Part shown: positions 19,967 to 29,208 of the stretch, one piece after another
Layout: each line of letters starts with the position of its first letter
Numbering within the stretch: position 1 is the first letter of the stretch
DNA from: Cyanophyceae cyanobacterium
GTDB lineage: Bacteria > Cyanobacteriota > Cyanobacteriia > Cyanobacteriales > JBHJGN01
Reading direction: 5' to 3'
Length of the DNA stretch: 51,668 nucleotides
Assembly (NCBI GenBank): GCA_050331735.1
Contig: JBHJGN010000028.1
Coordinates: forward strand, 1-51,668
The notes under the pieces: generated by a model
What the model saw: only the letters and a program-made list of their open reading frames with translations
Databases searched by the model: none
Told to the model about the DNA's origin: nothing
Made by a program: the position numbers and the translations under genes

Positions 19967-22900
19967 ATGTTTAACTTGATGCAGCTAGTGGCGCAAATTC
20001 CGCTCGAATCGCCGGTCGATAATGCCGAAGATGCTGCTTTGGTATTTAGCGGACCGCAATTTTTCACAGCTTTGGTTGCTGGAGTGTTGCTCGCTTTCGC
20101 TTTTCAGCTTTTGCTGACAAACTTGGGAGTGGCGGCTGGCATTTCTATGCTGGGAGGGTCAGACGATTCTCAGTCTGATGACAACAGTGGCGGGAGCGTC
20201 GGAGGAACCATTCGCAAAATCGGTTTTGCCCTCGGACTCGCCACGTTAATCACTGTAACGATCTCCTTGTTTTTTGCCAGCCTCTTTGCCGTCAAGCTGA
20301 GCTTATTTGTCTCAGCTTTTTCTGGTGCCATTGTTGGTTTAGTCATTTGGGCTACCTATTTCTCAGTGCTGGTCTTCGTCAGCTCCTCTACTGTCGGGTC
20401 GCTCGTTGGCTCGATTGTCAACACGGCTACCTCCGGTTTCCAGGCCGTGTTAGGAACAGCAACAGCCGCTATTGGCGGTCAAGCCGTCAACAAACAAGTA
20501 GTCGCCACTGCTGAAGCCGCTGCCTCGGCTGTGCGCCGCGAACTCGGAAGCGCCATCGATCCCATTACAATCCGAGAAAACGTTGAAGACTACATCAACG
20601 CTCTCAAAGCACCGACCGTCGATCGCGCATCGATTCGAGCCGATTTCGAGCGACTGCTGGAAGACCCTAGCGTTCAAGAGATTGCTGGCGCACAGGGAAT
20701 CGAGAGAGTCAATCGACAAACATTCGTCGAGCTGCTCAACAATCGCACCGACTTATCCAAACGAGACATTGAAAGCATTGCCGACGAACTAGAAGTGGTG
20801 TGGAATCGGAAAGTACGCAGCTCTCAGCGCCGAGATTCCCTAGGAGAACTGGTAGACTACGTGAAATCGGCCACGCCGGATCAGTTAGTCGGGGCCAACT
20901 TTTCAGATAAGCTGGACAGCCTCATCGAAGAAATGCGTCTCAGCCGCGAGGCCCAACAGAGTCACAGCCAAACTCAAACTCAGCAGGGGCAAGGCCAAGG
21001 ACCAGTCAATCAGGCGATCGCTATGGGCATGAACAGCCTCATGGGCATGGTGATGGGACGAGCTGACTTAACAGACATTAGCGCCGAACAGATTGTTAAT
21101 CAGCTCAAAAAGCTCGGAGCGCAGGCCGGAATTTCCACCGAAAAGCTCCCGAAGCAGTTGCCTGGAACTGCTACTAACCCCATTCGCACCGATGTAGAAA
21201 ACTATATCCTCAACGCCTACCCCTGGCAGCTCAAGTCAGAAAACTTAGAGCGAGAGTTTAGAGATTTGCTCTACGACCCCGATGCCGATCCCGGAACGGT
21301 CGGCGATGCCCTCGAGCAAATCAGCCGTTCGGATCTCGCCGACTGGCTTCAGCAGAAAGGACTCTATACTCAATCAGAAATTAGAGAGCTATCGCTCAAG
21401 CTCGATGCGGTTCGGCGAGAGGTACTGGTTACTGCTCGCGCGGCTCAGGAGCGCGAGAAATCCCTGGCTTTGCAGCGAGATGTGGAGCAGTACCTGCTGA
21501 CAACTCCCAAAGAAAACCTGACTCCTGAACAGATTCAGAGCGAGTTCAAACCACTCTTAAGAGATCCCGATACCGATTACGAACACCTCAGTAATCGATT
21601 AGCTCAATTTGACCGCCCCACCTTCGAGCGCCTGCTGGCGCAGCGTGGAGACCTAGAGCTCGTAGAGGTATCGGCGATGACCAACGAGCTAGAAATCGCC
21701 CGCGATCGCGCGCTGAGCGAGTCCCAGGAGGTCACAGAGTCGACAAAAGCCCAGGCTGAAGCGCTGTGGTCGCGAGCCAAATCTTTCTTTCAGGAAACCA
21801 GTGCTCAAGACCTCACCGACAAGAACGTTCAGCACGAGCTAGACCTGCTGTTTAAAGATGCGGGCTCGACCGGAGCCGCTTCACTGCGTACGCGCGCGGC
21901 TCGCTTTAATCGCGACGACCTGGTGCAGTTGCTCACCCAAAGAGGCGACCTCAGCCAAGAGCAGGCCAATCGAATTGCCGACCAAACCGAAAGAACCTGG
22001 ACTCAGATTCGCTATGCGCCTCAGCAGCTCACCGGGAAAGCGCAGGAGCAGTACAGCAAAGCAGAGTCGGCGATCGCCGATTATCTCCGCTCCACCGGGA
22101 AAGCCGAACTTAACCCCGAAGGCATCAAACGAGACCTGCAAAAGCTGTTTGCCGATCCGCAAACGGGAGCTCAGGCAATCCGCAACCGCCTCGCCTCGAT
22201 GGATCGCGATACTCTGGTGCAGTTGCTCAATCAGCGGGACGACCTCAGTGAGGAGCAGATCAATCAAACCATCGATAGCGTTCAGGATACGCTCCGCAGC
22301 ATCGCCAGAACCCCGCGTCGGTTGGCCAGACGCGCTCAGGGTCAGGTGCAGAGTTTCCAAGACTCCATCGCCGACTACCTGCGCTCTACCGGGAAAGACG
22401 AACTCGACCCCGAAGGCATCACGCGCGACGTTCAGCTACTGCTCAACGATCCTCGCGCTGGCCGGGAAAGCCTACAGGAGCGGCTGTCTCAGTTCGACCG
22501 CACGACTCTGGTCGCGCTGCTGTCTCAGCGCGAAGATATTGCCGAAGAAGATGTCAACCAAATTATCGACCAAATTCTGTCGGTTCGCGACCAGGTAGGC
22601 CTACAGGTGCGCACGATTCAGCTCAAGATTGAGGCAGCCATCGAAAACCTCCTCGACCGCATTCGCCAGTACCTAAACGGCTTAGAGCGCCCAGAACTCA
22701 ACTACGAAGGCATTACCACAGACCTGCGTACCCTGCTAGACGACCCGCAGGCCGGCTTTGAGGCGCTGCGCGATCGCCTGTCGCAGTTCGACCGCGATAC
22801 CCTCGTCGCCATTATGAGCTCCCGCGAGGATATGTCTGAAGCCGATGCCAACGGCTTAATCGACCGCATCGAACAGACCCGCAACCGCTTGCTACAGCGG

Positions 22901-23077
22901 GCAGAGCGGATTCAGCAAGAAACCCTGCGTCGCCTTGAAGAAACTAAAGAACAGGCTCGCCGACAGGCAGAAGAAACCCGCAAGGCAGCGGCAGCAGCCT
23001 CGTGGTGGCTGTTTGCGACCGCTCTGATTTCGGCGCTTGCTTCTGCTGGAGCGGGTGCTCTCGCCGTCCTCGACTAA
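19967..23077 (+). CDS. Large membrane-anchored protein with ~100-aa helical repeats
   Basis: About three N-terminal TM helices and one C-terminal TM; repeated DYLxxTxxxELxPEGIxRDLxxLxxDP..RLSQFDRxTLVxLLxQRxD units; start uncertain (19946-19967). Confidence 0.85.
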   Translation: MFNLMQLVAQIPLESPVDNAEDAALVFSGPQFFTALVAGVLLAFAFQLLLTNLGVAAGISMLGGSDDSQSDDNSGGSVGGTIRKIGFALGLATLITVTISLFFASLFAVKLSLFVSAFSGAIVGLVIWATYFSVLVFVSSSTVGSLVGSIVNTATSGFQAVLGTATAAIGGQAVNKQVVATAEAAASAVRRELGSAIDPITIRENVEDYINALKAPTVDRASIRADFERLLEDPSVQEIAGAQGIERVNRQTFVELLNNRTDLSKRDIESIADELEVVWNRKVRSSQRRDSLGELVDYVKSATPDQLVGANFSDKLDSLIEEMRLSREAQQSHSQTQTQQGQGQGPVNQAIAMGMNSLMGMVMGRADLTDISAEQIVNQLKKLGAQAGISTEKLPKQLPGTATNPIRTDVENYILNAYPWQLKSENLEREFRDLLYDPDADPGTVGDALEQISRSDLADWLQQKGLYTQSEIRELSLKLDAVRREVLVTARAAQEREKSLALQRDVEQYLLTTPKENLTPEQIQSEFKPLLRDPDTDYEHLSNRLAQFDRPTFERLLAQRGDLELVEVSAMTNELEIARDRALSESQEVTESTKAQAEALWSRAKSFFQETSAQDLTDKNVQHELDLLFKDAGSTGAASLRTRAARFNRDDLVQLLTQRGDLSQEQANRIADQTERTWTQIRYAPQQLTGKAQEQYSKAESAIADYLRSTGKAELNPEGIKRDLQKLFADPQTGAQAIRNRLASMDRDTLVQLLNQRDDLSEEQINQTIDSVQDTLRSIARTPRRLARRAQGQVQSFQDSIADYLRSTGKDELDPEGITRDVQLLLNDPRAGRESLQERLSQFDRTTLVALLSQREDIAEEDVNQIIDQILSVRDQVGLQVRTIQLKIEAAIENLLDRIRQYLNGLERPELNYEGITTDLRTLLDDPQAGFEALRDRLSQFDRDTLVAIMSSREDMSEADANGLIDRIEQTRNRLLQRAERIQQETLRRLEETKEQARRQAEETRKAAAAASWWLFATALISALASAGAGALAVLD

Positions 23078-23208
23078 ACCAAGTCGAATTAGTAAATCGG
23101 CAACGATACTAACGTCACCTCAATCCAAGTTGAACACCAGGCATCGGGACTGAAGCTGTTAGCTTTAGTCCCAATTTTTTTTAGTTCTGTTGGCTGTAGC
23201 TCTTCCTT

Positions 23209-23355
23209 GTACCATTTACCGAAAGTAGTCAGATAGTTCCCAAACCAACCAACAATTGGAGGTTCAAGGGCAAAGAGCTGCTGTGCTTCCCTTTCCCCTT
23301 TCCCCCTTCCCCTTTCCCCCAACTCATCAAGTCTCCTATTACTTCTAATCGGTAT
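23209..23355 (-). mobile_element. ~150 bp MITE, copy B
   Basis: Reverse complement of copy A (ATACCGATTAGAAG...ACTACTTTCGGTAAATGGTAC). Confidence 0.85.
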
Positions 23356-23512
23356 TAATTTTTTATCTCTCTAGAGATAGCGCTCTTGCTAACTAGAAAA
23401 GCATCCGTAAGCATTAGGGATGAAGCCGCCTCATTCTGATTGCATCCGCAGGAAGATAATCTTCTTAATAAAAATTGCTAATTTTTAAGAATCTATTAGC
23501 GGATAAGATGCT

Positions 23513-25165
23513 ATGACCAACCTAGTTGAGTTCAAACTGTTTGCTCCTTATAACAAGGAAGCCGCGTTGTTTGGTTGCTTTTCTAACTGGGAAGATATCC
23601 CGATGAAAAAAGACGACCAAGGCTATTTTCGGACTCAGGTGGAGTTAGCAGACGGAATTTATCAGTATAAATTCCGTGTGCGCTCCAAAAGCTGGTTTTT
23701 TGAGCCGGATCAGTGGGTGGATGTTGTCGATCCCTACGCCACCGATATCGATAATCCAACCCAGAACGGCGTAGTTCGCATCAAAGACGGGGAAAAAATC
23801 GTTGATACCTACGTTTGGTTTCACGACGATCAGCCCCTCCCTCAAAATCACGAATTAGTCATCTACGAAATCCACGTTCACGACTTTTCCGGCGGCGAAG
23901 ACGACCCGTATCCCAGAGGAACCTACAAGCACGTCATTGAAAAGCTTGACTATCTCAGCGAACTGGGCATCAACGCCATTGAGCTGATGCCAGTCAAGGA
24001 ATACCCCGGAGACTATAGCTGGGGATACAACCCCCGCTATTTTTTTGCCACTGAATCCAGCTACGGCACTACCGCAGAATTAAAACAGCTCGTCGATGAG
24101 TGTCATGCCAGAGGCATTCGCGTCCTGATGGATGGAATCTACAACCACTCCGAAGCATCGAGTCCGCTAACGCAAATCGATCACGACTACTGGTATTATC
24201 ACGAACCCCGCGACCCTGATAACAACTGGGGACCAGAGTTTAACTACGAACATACCGACGAGAACCTCGACGTTAAACCCGCCTGGAAGTTCATCGGCGA
24301 TACCGTTCACTTCTGGATCAAGGAGTATCACATCGACGGCATTCGCTACGATGCCGCGCGGCAAATTGCCAATTACGACTTCATGCACTGGATTACGGAC
24401 CAAACCCGGCAAGCCGCCTCCATGAAGCCATTTTTCAACATTGCCGAACATATCCCCGAAACCACCAGCATCACAAATTTTGATGGACCGATGGATAGCT
24501 GCTGGCACGACAGCTTCTATCACACCATCAAGGCTCACCTCAGCGGAGAAACTTTTTCCCTCGACGAACTGAAAGATGTCATCGACTGTAAGCGCCAGGG
24601 TTTTATGGGAGCAACCAACGTTGTTAACTACCTCACCAACCACGACCACGAGCGCATGATGGTCGAATTAGGCCAGCGGGAAATTCTCGATGAAGCCGCC
24701 TTTAAGCGCCTCAAGCTTGGCGCTGTTATTCTAATGACGGCGGTAGGCGTTCCGATGATTTGGATGGGACAGGAGTTTGGCGATTACCACGATTTGGATC
24801 CAGAACCGACTAAAATCGATTGGAGTTTGCTCAAGAATGACCTTAATCGGGGTTTGTTTGAGTACTACAAAGGATTAATTGACCTGCGTAAGCACAATCA
24901 TGCCCTCCACACCGAAAATATCGAGTTCTTTTTTGAAGATGCTGACTCAAAAGTAATTGCCTATACTCGCTGGAACGGGGAAGGGTCTCGCGTCGTCGTG
25001 GTAGCTAATTTCTCCGACCAGTATCTTGGCGGGTATCGAGTACCAAACTTCCCGGAAAATGGCTCTTGGCACGAGTGGACGGGAAACTACAACACTGAAG
25101 CAGGAGACAACAATATTCTGATTGACTTACCGGAATACGAAGCTAAGGTGTTTGTCTGGCAATAG
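23513..25165 (+). CDS. GH13 alpha-amylase-family glycoside hydrolase with N-terminal CBM48-like domain
   Basis: LGINAIELMP, WGYNP, DGIYNH, IDGIRYDA (nucleophile), IAEH, NHD. Confidence 0.92.
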   Translation: MTNLVEFKLFAPYNKEAALFGCFSNWEDIPMKKDDQGYFRTQVELADGIYQYKFRVRSKSWFFEPDQWVDVVDPYATDIDNPTQNGVVRIKDGEKIVDTYVWFHDDQPLPQNHELVIYEIHVHDFSGGEDDPYPRGTYKHVIEKLDYLSELGINAIELMPVKEYPGDYSWGYNPRYFFATESSYGTTAELKQLVDECHARGIRVLMDGIYNHSEASSPLTQIDHDYWYYHEPRDPDNNWGPEFNYEHTDENLDVKPAWKFIGDTVHFWIKEYHIDGIRYDAARQIANYDFMHWITDQTRQAASMKPFFNIAEHIPETTSITNFDGPMDSCWHDSFYHTIKAHLSGETFSLDELKDVIDCKRQGFMGATNVVNYLTNHDHERMMVELGQREILDEAAFKRLKLGAVILMTAVGVPMIWMGQEFGDYHDLDPEPTKIDWSLLKNDLNRGLFEYYKGLIDLRKHNHALHTENIEFFFEDADSKVIAYTRWNGEGSRVVVVANFSDQYLGGYRVPNFPENGSWHEWTGNYNTEAGDNNILIDLPEYEAKVFVWQ

Positions 25166-25263
25166 CTGGAACGGTAACGATGGCAGAAGTGAGGGGCCTA
25201 TCCTCGCTGTAGCAACTGGAGCCAATTGCCTGTTCGCGAGTACGCTCTTCACTCAATAAAACA

Positions 25264-25293
25264 AGAAAGCCTAGCAAATTTGCTAGGCTTTCT
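25264..25293. terminator. Bidirectional terminator between convergent genes
   Basis: Perfect 30-nt palindrome agaaagcctagcaaatttgctaggctttct. Confidence 0.7.
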
Positions 25294-25337
25294 GACGTAA
25301 AAATTAAGTAACATGCTGTCTTGACTAAAAACTCACT

Positions 25338-25634
25338 CTAAATGACTCCAGGCCCTTTATTGCCCTGTTGTTTAACTTCTTCAAGTTCTTCTGCTCTTGC
25401 CGCTTTTTCAGCTTCTTCCTGTTCTCTAAGATCTCCTGGCTCTTCAACGTACATCTCTGGCTCAATCGCGTAGTTGTTTGCTCGTCCTTCTCGGTCTACT
25501 GTATAGCCGCTCGTTGTATCAACATCACTCGCTTTTTGAGGAGGCTTCATCTCTTCCCTTTCCTGACGAGCAGCCGATTCAGCATCTGTCATATTGGGAT
25601 CATAATTTGGGTCTTGCGTATTTTGAACATTCAT
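25338..25634 (-). CDS. Small acidic hydrophilic protein (hydrophilin-like)
   Basis: 98 aa, very E/D/Q-rich, no W/C/F; GAGG RBS; GYTVDREGRANNYAIEPEMY core. Confidence 0.75.
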   Translation of the reverse strand: MNVQNTQDPNYDPNMTDAESAARQEREEMKPPQKASDVDTTSGYTVDREGRANNYAIEPEMYVEEPGDLREQEEAEKAARAEELEEVKQQGNKGPGVI

Positions 25635-25889
25635 CTTAGTTAACCTCAGCTTCTAATCAATAGAATTTCTGTAGCTTATCAACCAAAAAAGGTCGTACAC
25701 ATCTAACTTTTTTCCGATTTTGATAATCAAAAGACAGAGGCGGATTGAGGGGGGTGAGCGATCACGCTGAGGAGCTTTTCTCTGTCCCAAGGCTCAGATC
25801 GCTCTGCCGATTGTCTCTTTAGAAAGATTACGTAGCGATCGCACAATGGTAAATTTGTCCCAACCTCTTTAAATTAACAAACATAAAAA

Positions 25890-26048
25890 ATGGATTTAAT
25901 ACGAATAATCTGTGCTATACTTTTACCTCCCCTAGGAGTATTTCTGCAAGTAGGTATCGGACCACAGTTCTGGATTAACATTCTCTTGACTCTGCTCGGG
26001 TATATTCCAGGCATCGTTCATGCCATTTGGATTATCGCCCGCCGATAA
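25890..26048 (+). CDS. YqaE/Pmp3 family small membrane protein (52 aa; absent from ORF track)
   Basis: Translated by hand: MDLIRIICAILLPPLGVFLQVGIGPQFWINILLTLLGYIPGIVHAIWIIARR*. Confidence 0.93.
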   Translation: MDLIRIICAILLPPLGVFLQVGIGPQFWINILLTLLGYIPGIVHAIWIIARR

Positions 26049-26077
26049 AGTCCCTAGTCTTGAGACGTTCTGCTTTT

Positions 26078-26989
26078 ATGAGCGAATTGCTATCCACCGT
26101 TATAGATAGTCTACAAGAGTTAGTTGGCAGTGCTGTCAAGATCGTGCCAGCATTGCTCGCTGCTCTAATCTTAGTTTTCTTAACCCGCTACGCGGCTCAG
26201 TTTGCTCGAAACATCGCAACCAGAGTTGGCGATCGCACCATCAGCAGCCTGTCCCTGCGGGCCCTGCTCTCTAAAACGGTCTTTATTACTGTATGGGTTG
26301 TCGGCGTACTCATGGCGTGCGTAGTGGCTTTTCCGGGTCTCAGGCTCGGTGACGTGATTGCCACGCTTGGACTGGGGTCAGTGGCGATTGGTTTTGCATT
26401 TCAAGATATTTTCAAAAACTTCCTCGCGGGCATCTTGCTGCTGCTTCAAGAACCCTTTCGCATCAACGATCAGATTGTCGTTGGCGAATTTGAAGGAACA
26501 GTTGAACGAGTCGATATTCGCACCACCAAAATTCGGACCTACGGCGGAGAGCGAGTTCTGCTGCCCAATTCAACGGTGTTTACGAGTGCGGTGGTCGTCC
26601 GCACCGCGTTTAGCTCTCGCCGGACTGATTTAGCCGTTGGCGTAGACTACAATACCTCTTTGCCGAAAGCGGCGCAGCTTCTGCAACAAACGATCGCCGG
26701 AGTAGAAGGAGTTTTTGACGATCCAGCCCCAGAAATCGACTTGGTCAGCTTTAACGATAGCTCCATCGACTTCGTCGTTCGCTACTGGACGCGCCCGCAG
26801 CAAAAAGAAGTTCGTTACGTACAGACAAGAGCGATTATCGCTATTAAAAAAGTGTTCGACCAAGAAGATATCAATATTCCCTATCCAATCCGTACCGTGT
26901 ACTACTATGACCAGCAAAAATTCGATGATTATCTGCCCGCCTCCGCTAACGGTGACGATACTCGTCGTTCAGTGACCCGTGACCAGTGA
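26078..26989 (+). CDS. Small-conductance mechanosensitive channel (MscS family)
   Basis: LGLGSVAIGFAFQDIFKNFLAG, PFRINDQI, EGTVERVDIRTT, INIPYP; start moved to ATG 26078 because 26027 overlaps yqaE. Confidence 0.93.
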   Translation: MSELLSTVIDSLQELVGSAVKIVPALLAALILVFLTRYAAQFARNIATRVGDRTISSLSLRALLSKTVFITVWVVGVLMACVVAFPGLRLGDVIATLGLGSVAIGFAFQDIFKNFLAGILLLLQEPFRINDQIVVGEFEGTVERVDIRTTKIRTYGGERVLLPNSTVFTSAVVVRTAFSSRRTDLAVGVDYNTSLPKAAQLLQQTIAGVEGVFDDPAPEIDLVSFNDSSIDFVVRYWTRPQQKEVRYVQTRAIIAIKKVFDQEDINIPYPIRTVYYYDQQKFDDYLPASANGDDTRRSVTRDQ

Positions 26990-27010
26990 TTGGGTATCGG
27001 GTTACTGCTT

Positions 27011-27073
27011 TTTCCCCTTTCCCCGTCCTGGAGGGATAGTTTTCCCTTGACCCTTTCCCCGTTGCAAAGCAAC
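27011..27073. repeat. Decayed heptamer/mini-hairpin array
   Basis: tttcccc units with gtcctggagggat and gttgcaaagcaac, degenerate versions of the 5.2 kb and 32 kb hairpins. Confidence 0.65.
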
Positions 27074-27117
27074 ATACCTTTGATAGGCTATTAGCAACAA
27101 ATCATTGAGGGCGACCG

Positions 27118-27672
27118 ATGCTAACAGCAAACATTTTGCAGCCCGACCTCGTTTTAGGGGGGACTGTGACTAGCCTCACTCCAGATATCTTAGAGCAGCA
27201 TCAGCTCCACGGCTTAGTGTTAGATGTTGATGAAACGCTGGTTCCGCTCAAGCAAAGTCACGTCACTCCCGAACTAACGCAGTGGGTCGAGCAGATTAGA
27301 CAGGTCGCGTCGTTATGGCTGGTGAGCAACAACCTCAGCGAGAGTCGGATCGCGAATATCGCTCAGTCTTTAGATTTGCACTATATTGCAGGCGCTCGGA
27401 AACCTTCGCGGCGGAAGCTAAGACAGGCTCTACAGTCGATGCAGCTCCCCATCGCTCAGGTGGCTATGGTCGGCGATCGCCTGTTTACTGATGTGTTAGC
27501 CGGCAACCGACTGGGCATGTTTACGATCTTGGTGGAACCGATGGTCGATCCGGCGATCGCTACTGCCTCTTACCCCATTCGTAACTTTGAAGTGTGGCTA
27601 TCTCAAATTTTAGGAGTTTCCCTAACTGCGCAACAAAACTATGTAGAATCTGATAAGTCGCAACATTCGTAA
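27118..27672 (+). CDS. YqeG family HAD IIIA phosphatase
   Basis: LVLDVDETL, LVSNN, ARKP, VGDRLFTDVLAG. Confidence 0.93.
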   Translation: MLTANILQPDLVLGGTVTSLTPDILEQHQLHGLVLDVDETLVPLKQSHVTPELTQWVEQIRQVASLWLVSNNLSESRIANIAQSLDLHYIAGARKPSRRKLRQALQSMQLPIAQVAMVGDRLFTDVLAGNRLGMFTILVEPMVDPAIATASYPIRNFEVWLSQILGVSLTAQQNYVESDKSQHS

Positions 27673-27735
27673 ACATAAAAAAACTCTTAAAAAATGGGGT
27701 GAAGGCTAGAAAATCTGAGATTCTATATTTAGTTC

Positions 27736-27837
27736 AAATGGGGTCAGCCAATATAAAGACCCTAAACATAACAAGCTAGTTGATGAGGAGCGCTCAATTG
27801 CCAAATTTGGTTGTTCAGCACTCCTCAAAACTTTTTT
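27736..27837 (+). ncRNA. Candidate sRNA or proB leader/attenuator
   Basis: TATATT -10-like element at 27724; hairpin ggggtc-N12-gaccct; long hairpin tgaggag...ctcctca followed by T6. Confidence 0.4.
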
Positions 27838-27873
27838 GGCTATTTTAGGAAATGAATTTCCGCAGGCCAAACC

Positions 27874-28998
27874 ATGCCGTCTCAAACCTTGGTAGTTAAG
27901 ATTGGTACCTCTAGTCTGACCCAATCTGCCACGGGCCAGCTCGCTCTCTCGACGATTTCCGCCCTGGTTGAAACGCTGACCCAGATGCGATCGCTCGGTC
28001 ATCGCGTGATTTTGGTGTCTTCCGGGGCCGTTGGTGTCGGTCGCGTCCGCTTAGGTCTAGCTGAACGCCCCCGGAAAATGGCTCTCAGACAAGCTGTTGC
28101 CGCCGTCGGCCAGGGCCGCTTGATCAGAATTTATGACGATTTATTTTCAAGTTTGCAGCAGCCGATTGCTCAAGTGCTGTTGACTCGGCGCGACCTGATG
28201 CAGCGTAGCAGCTACGTCAATGCTGACAATACCTTCAAGGCTCTGCTAGAGCTAGGCACAATTCCGATTGTCAACGAAAACGATACCGTAGCCATTGACG
28301 AACTCAAGTTTGGCGATAACGATACCCTCTCCGCTCTCGTCGCCAGCTTGGTTGAGGCAGATTGGCTGTTTCTGCTGACCGATGTAGATCGCCTCTACTC
28401 TGCTGATCCCCGTCTCGTTCCCGAAGCCAAACCCATTACTTTAGTAGAAATCGACCAATTTTCCCAGCTTCAGGTAGAAGCCGGAACTAGCGGGTCTACC
28501 TGGGGAACCGGAGGCATGGTGACTAAACTAGCCGCCGCTCGCATTGCCATCAGCGCCGGAGTCAAGACGGTCATTACCCAAGGAAAACAGCCGCAAAACA
28601 TTCTCAGAATTTTGCAGGGAGAGCCAATCGGGACTCAGTTTGAACCCCAACCTCGTCCCAATAACGCCCGCAAGCGCTGGATTGCTTACGGTCTGATGCC
28701 GAGGGGCAAGCTCTCCCTCGATTCTGGAGCCGTGAGAGCAATTTGCGAGCAAGGCCGGTCTCTGCTAGCAGCGGGGATCGCCCATGTAGAGGGAACTTTC
28801 TCCGCTTCCGATGCGGTTCAACTATACGCCCCCGACAACCAAGAAATTGCTCGCGGAATTGTTAACTATAGCAGCTTAGAGATTGAACAAATTAAAGGAC
28901 ATCACTCCGAAGAAATCCCGGCTCTTCTCGGGTATGCTAGCGCTGAAACCGTTATTCACCGCGATAACTTAGTGATTAAAGACGAAAAACTTATGTGA
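27874..28998 (+). CDS. proB: Glutamate 5-kinase
   Basis: [38 protein letters not shown]-terminal PUA domain. Confidence 0.97.
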   Translation: MPSQTLVVKIGTSSLTQSATGQLALSTISALVETLTQMRSLGHRVILVSSGAVGVGRVRLGLAERPRKMALRQAVAAVGQGRLIRIYDDLFSSLQQPIAQVLLTRRDLMQRSSYVNADNTFKALLELGTIPIVNENDTVAIDELKFGDNDTLSALVASLVEADWLFLLTDVDRLYSADPRLVPEAKPITLVEIDQFSQLQVEAGTSGSTWGTGGMVTKLAAARIAISAGVKTVITQGKQPQNILRILQGEPIGTQFEPQPRPNNARKRWIAYGLMPRGKLSLDSGAVRAICEQGRSLLAAGIAHVEGTFSASDAVQLYAPDNQEIARGIVNYSSLEIEQIKGHHSEEIPALLGYASAETVIHRDNLVIKDEKLM

Positions 28999-29208
28999 AA
29001 CTCAGTTCAGCAAAATTTCAAGTTTGATTTTCGCCGGTTTGTCAAGGTATGATTGTCCGGTGAGAGTGAAACAATTTTTGCCAAGGATAAGTAGATCTTC
29101 CTAATAAAAAGCAATCAAAGAAATACTCACCGCTGAGCGCCTACATCTAGCTCATGGTGTTATCATCAATTAGCAGAAAATATAGATAGTACGAGTAGGG
29201 CGATAATT

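Noticed and set aside
21858..22598. 246-aa alternative-frame ORF inside the repeat protein
   Set aside because: R/S/P-rich shadow frame expected from GC-rich codon bias
23089..23322. 77-aa ORF, and similar ORFs at 41785-42013
   Set aside because: Translations of MITE copies
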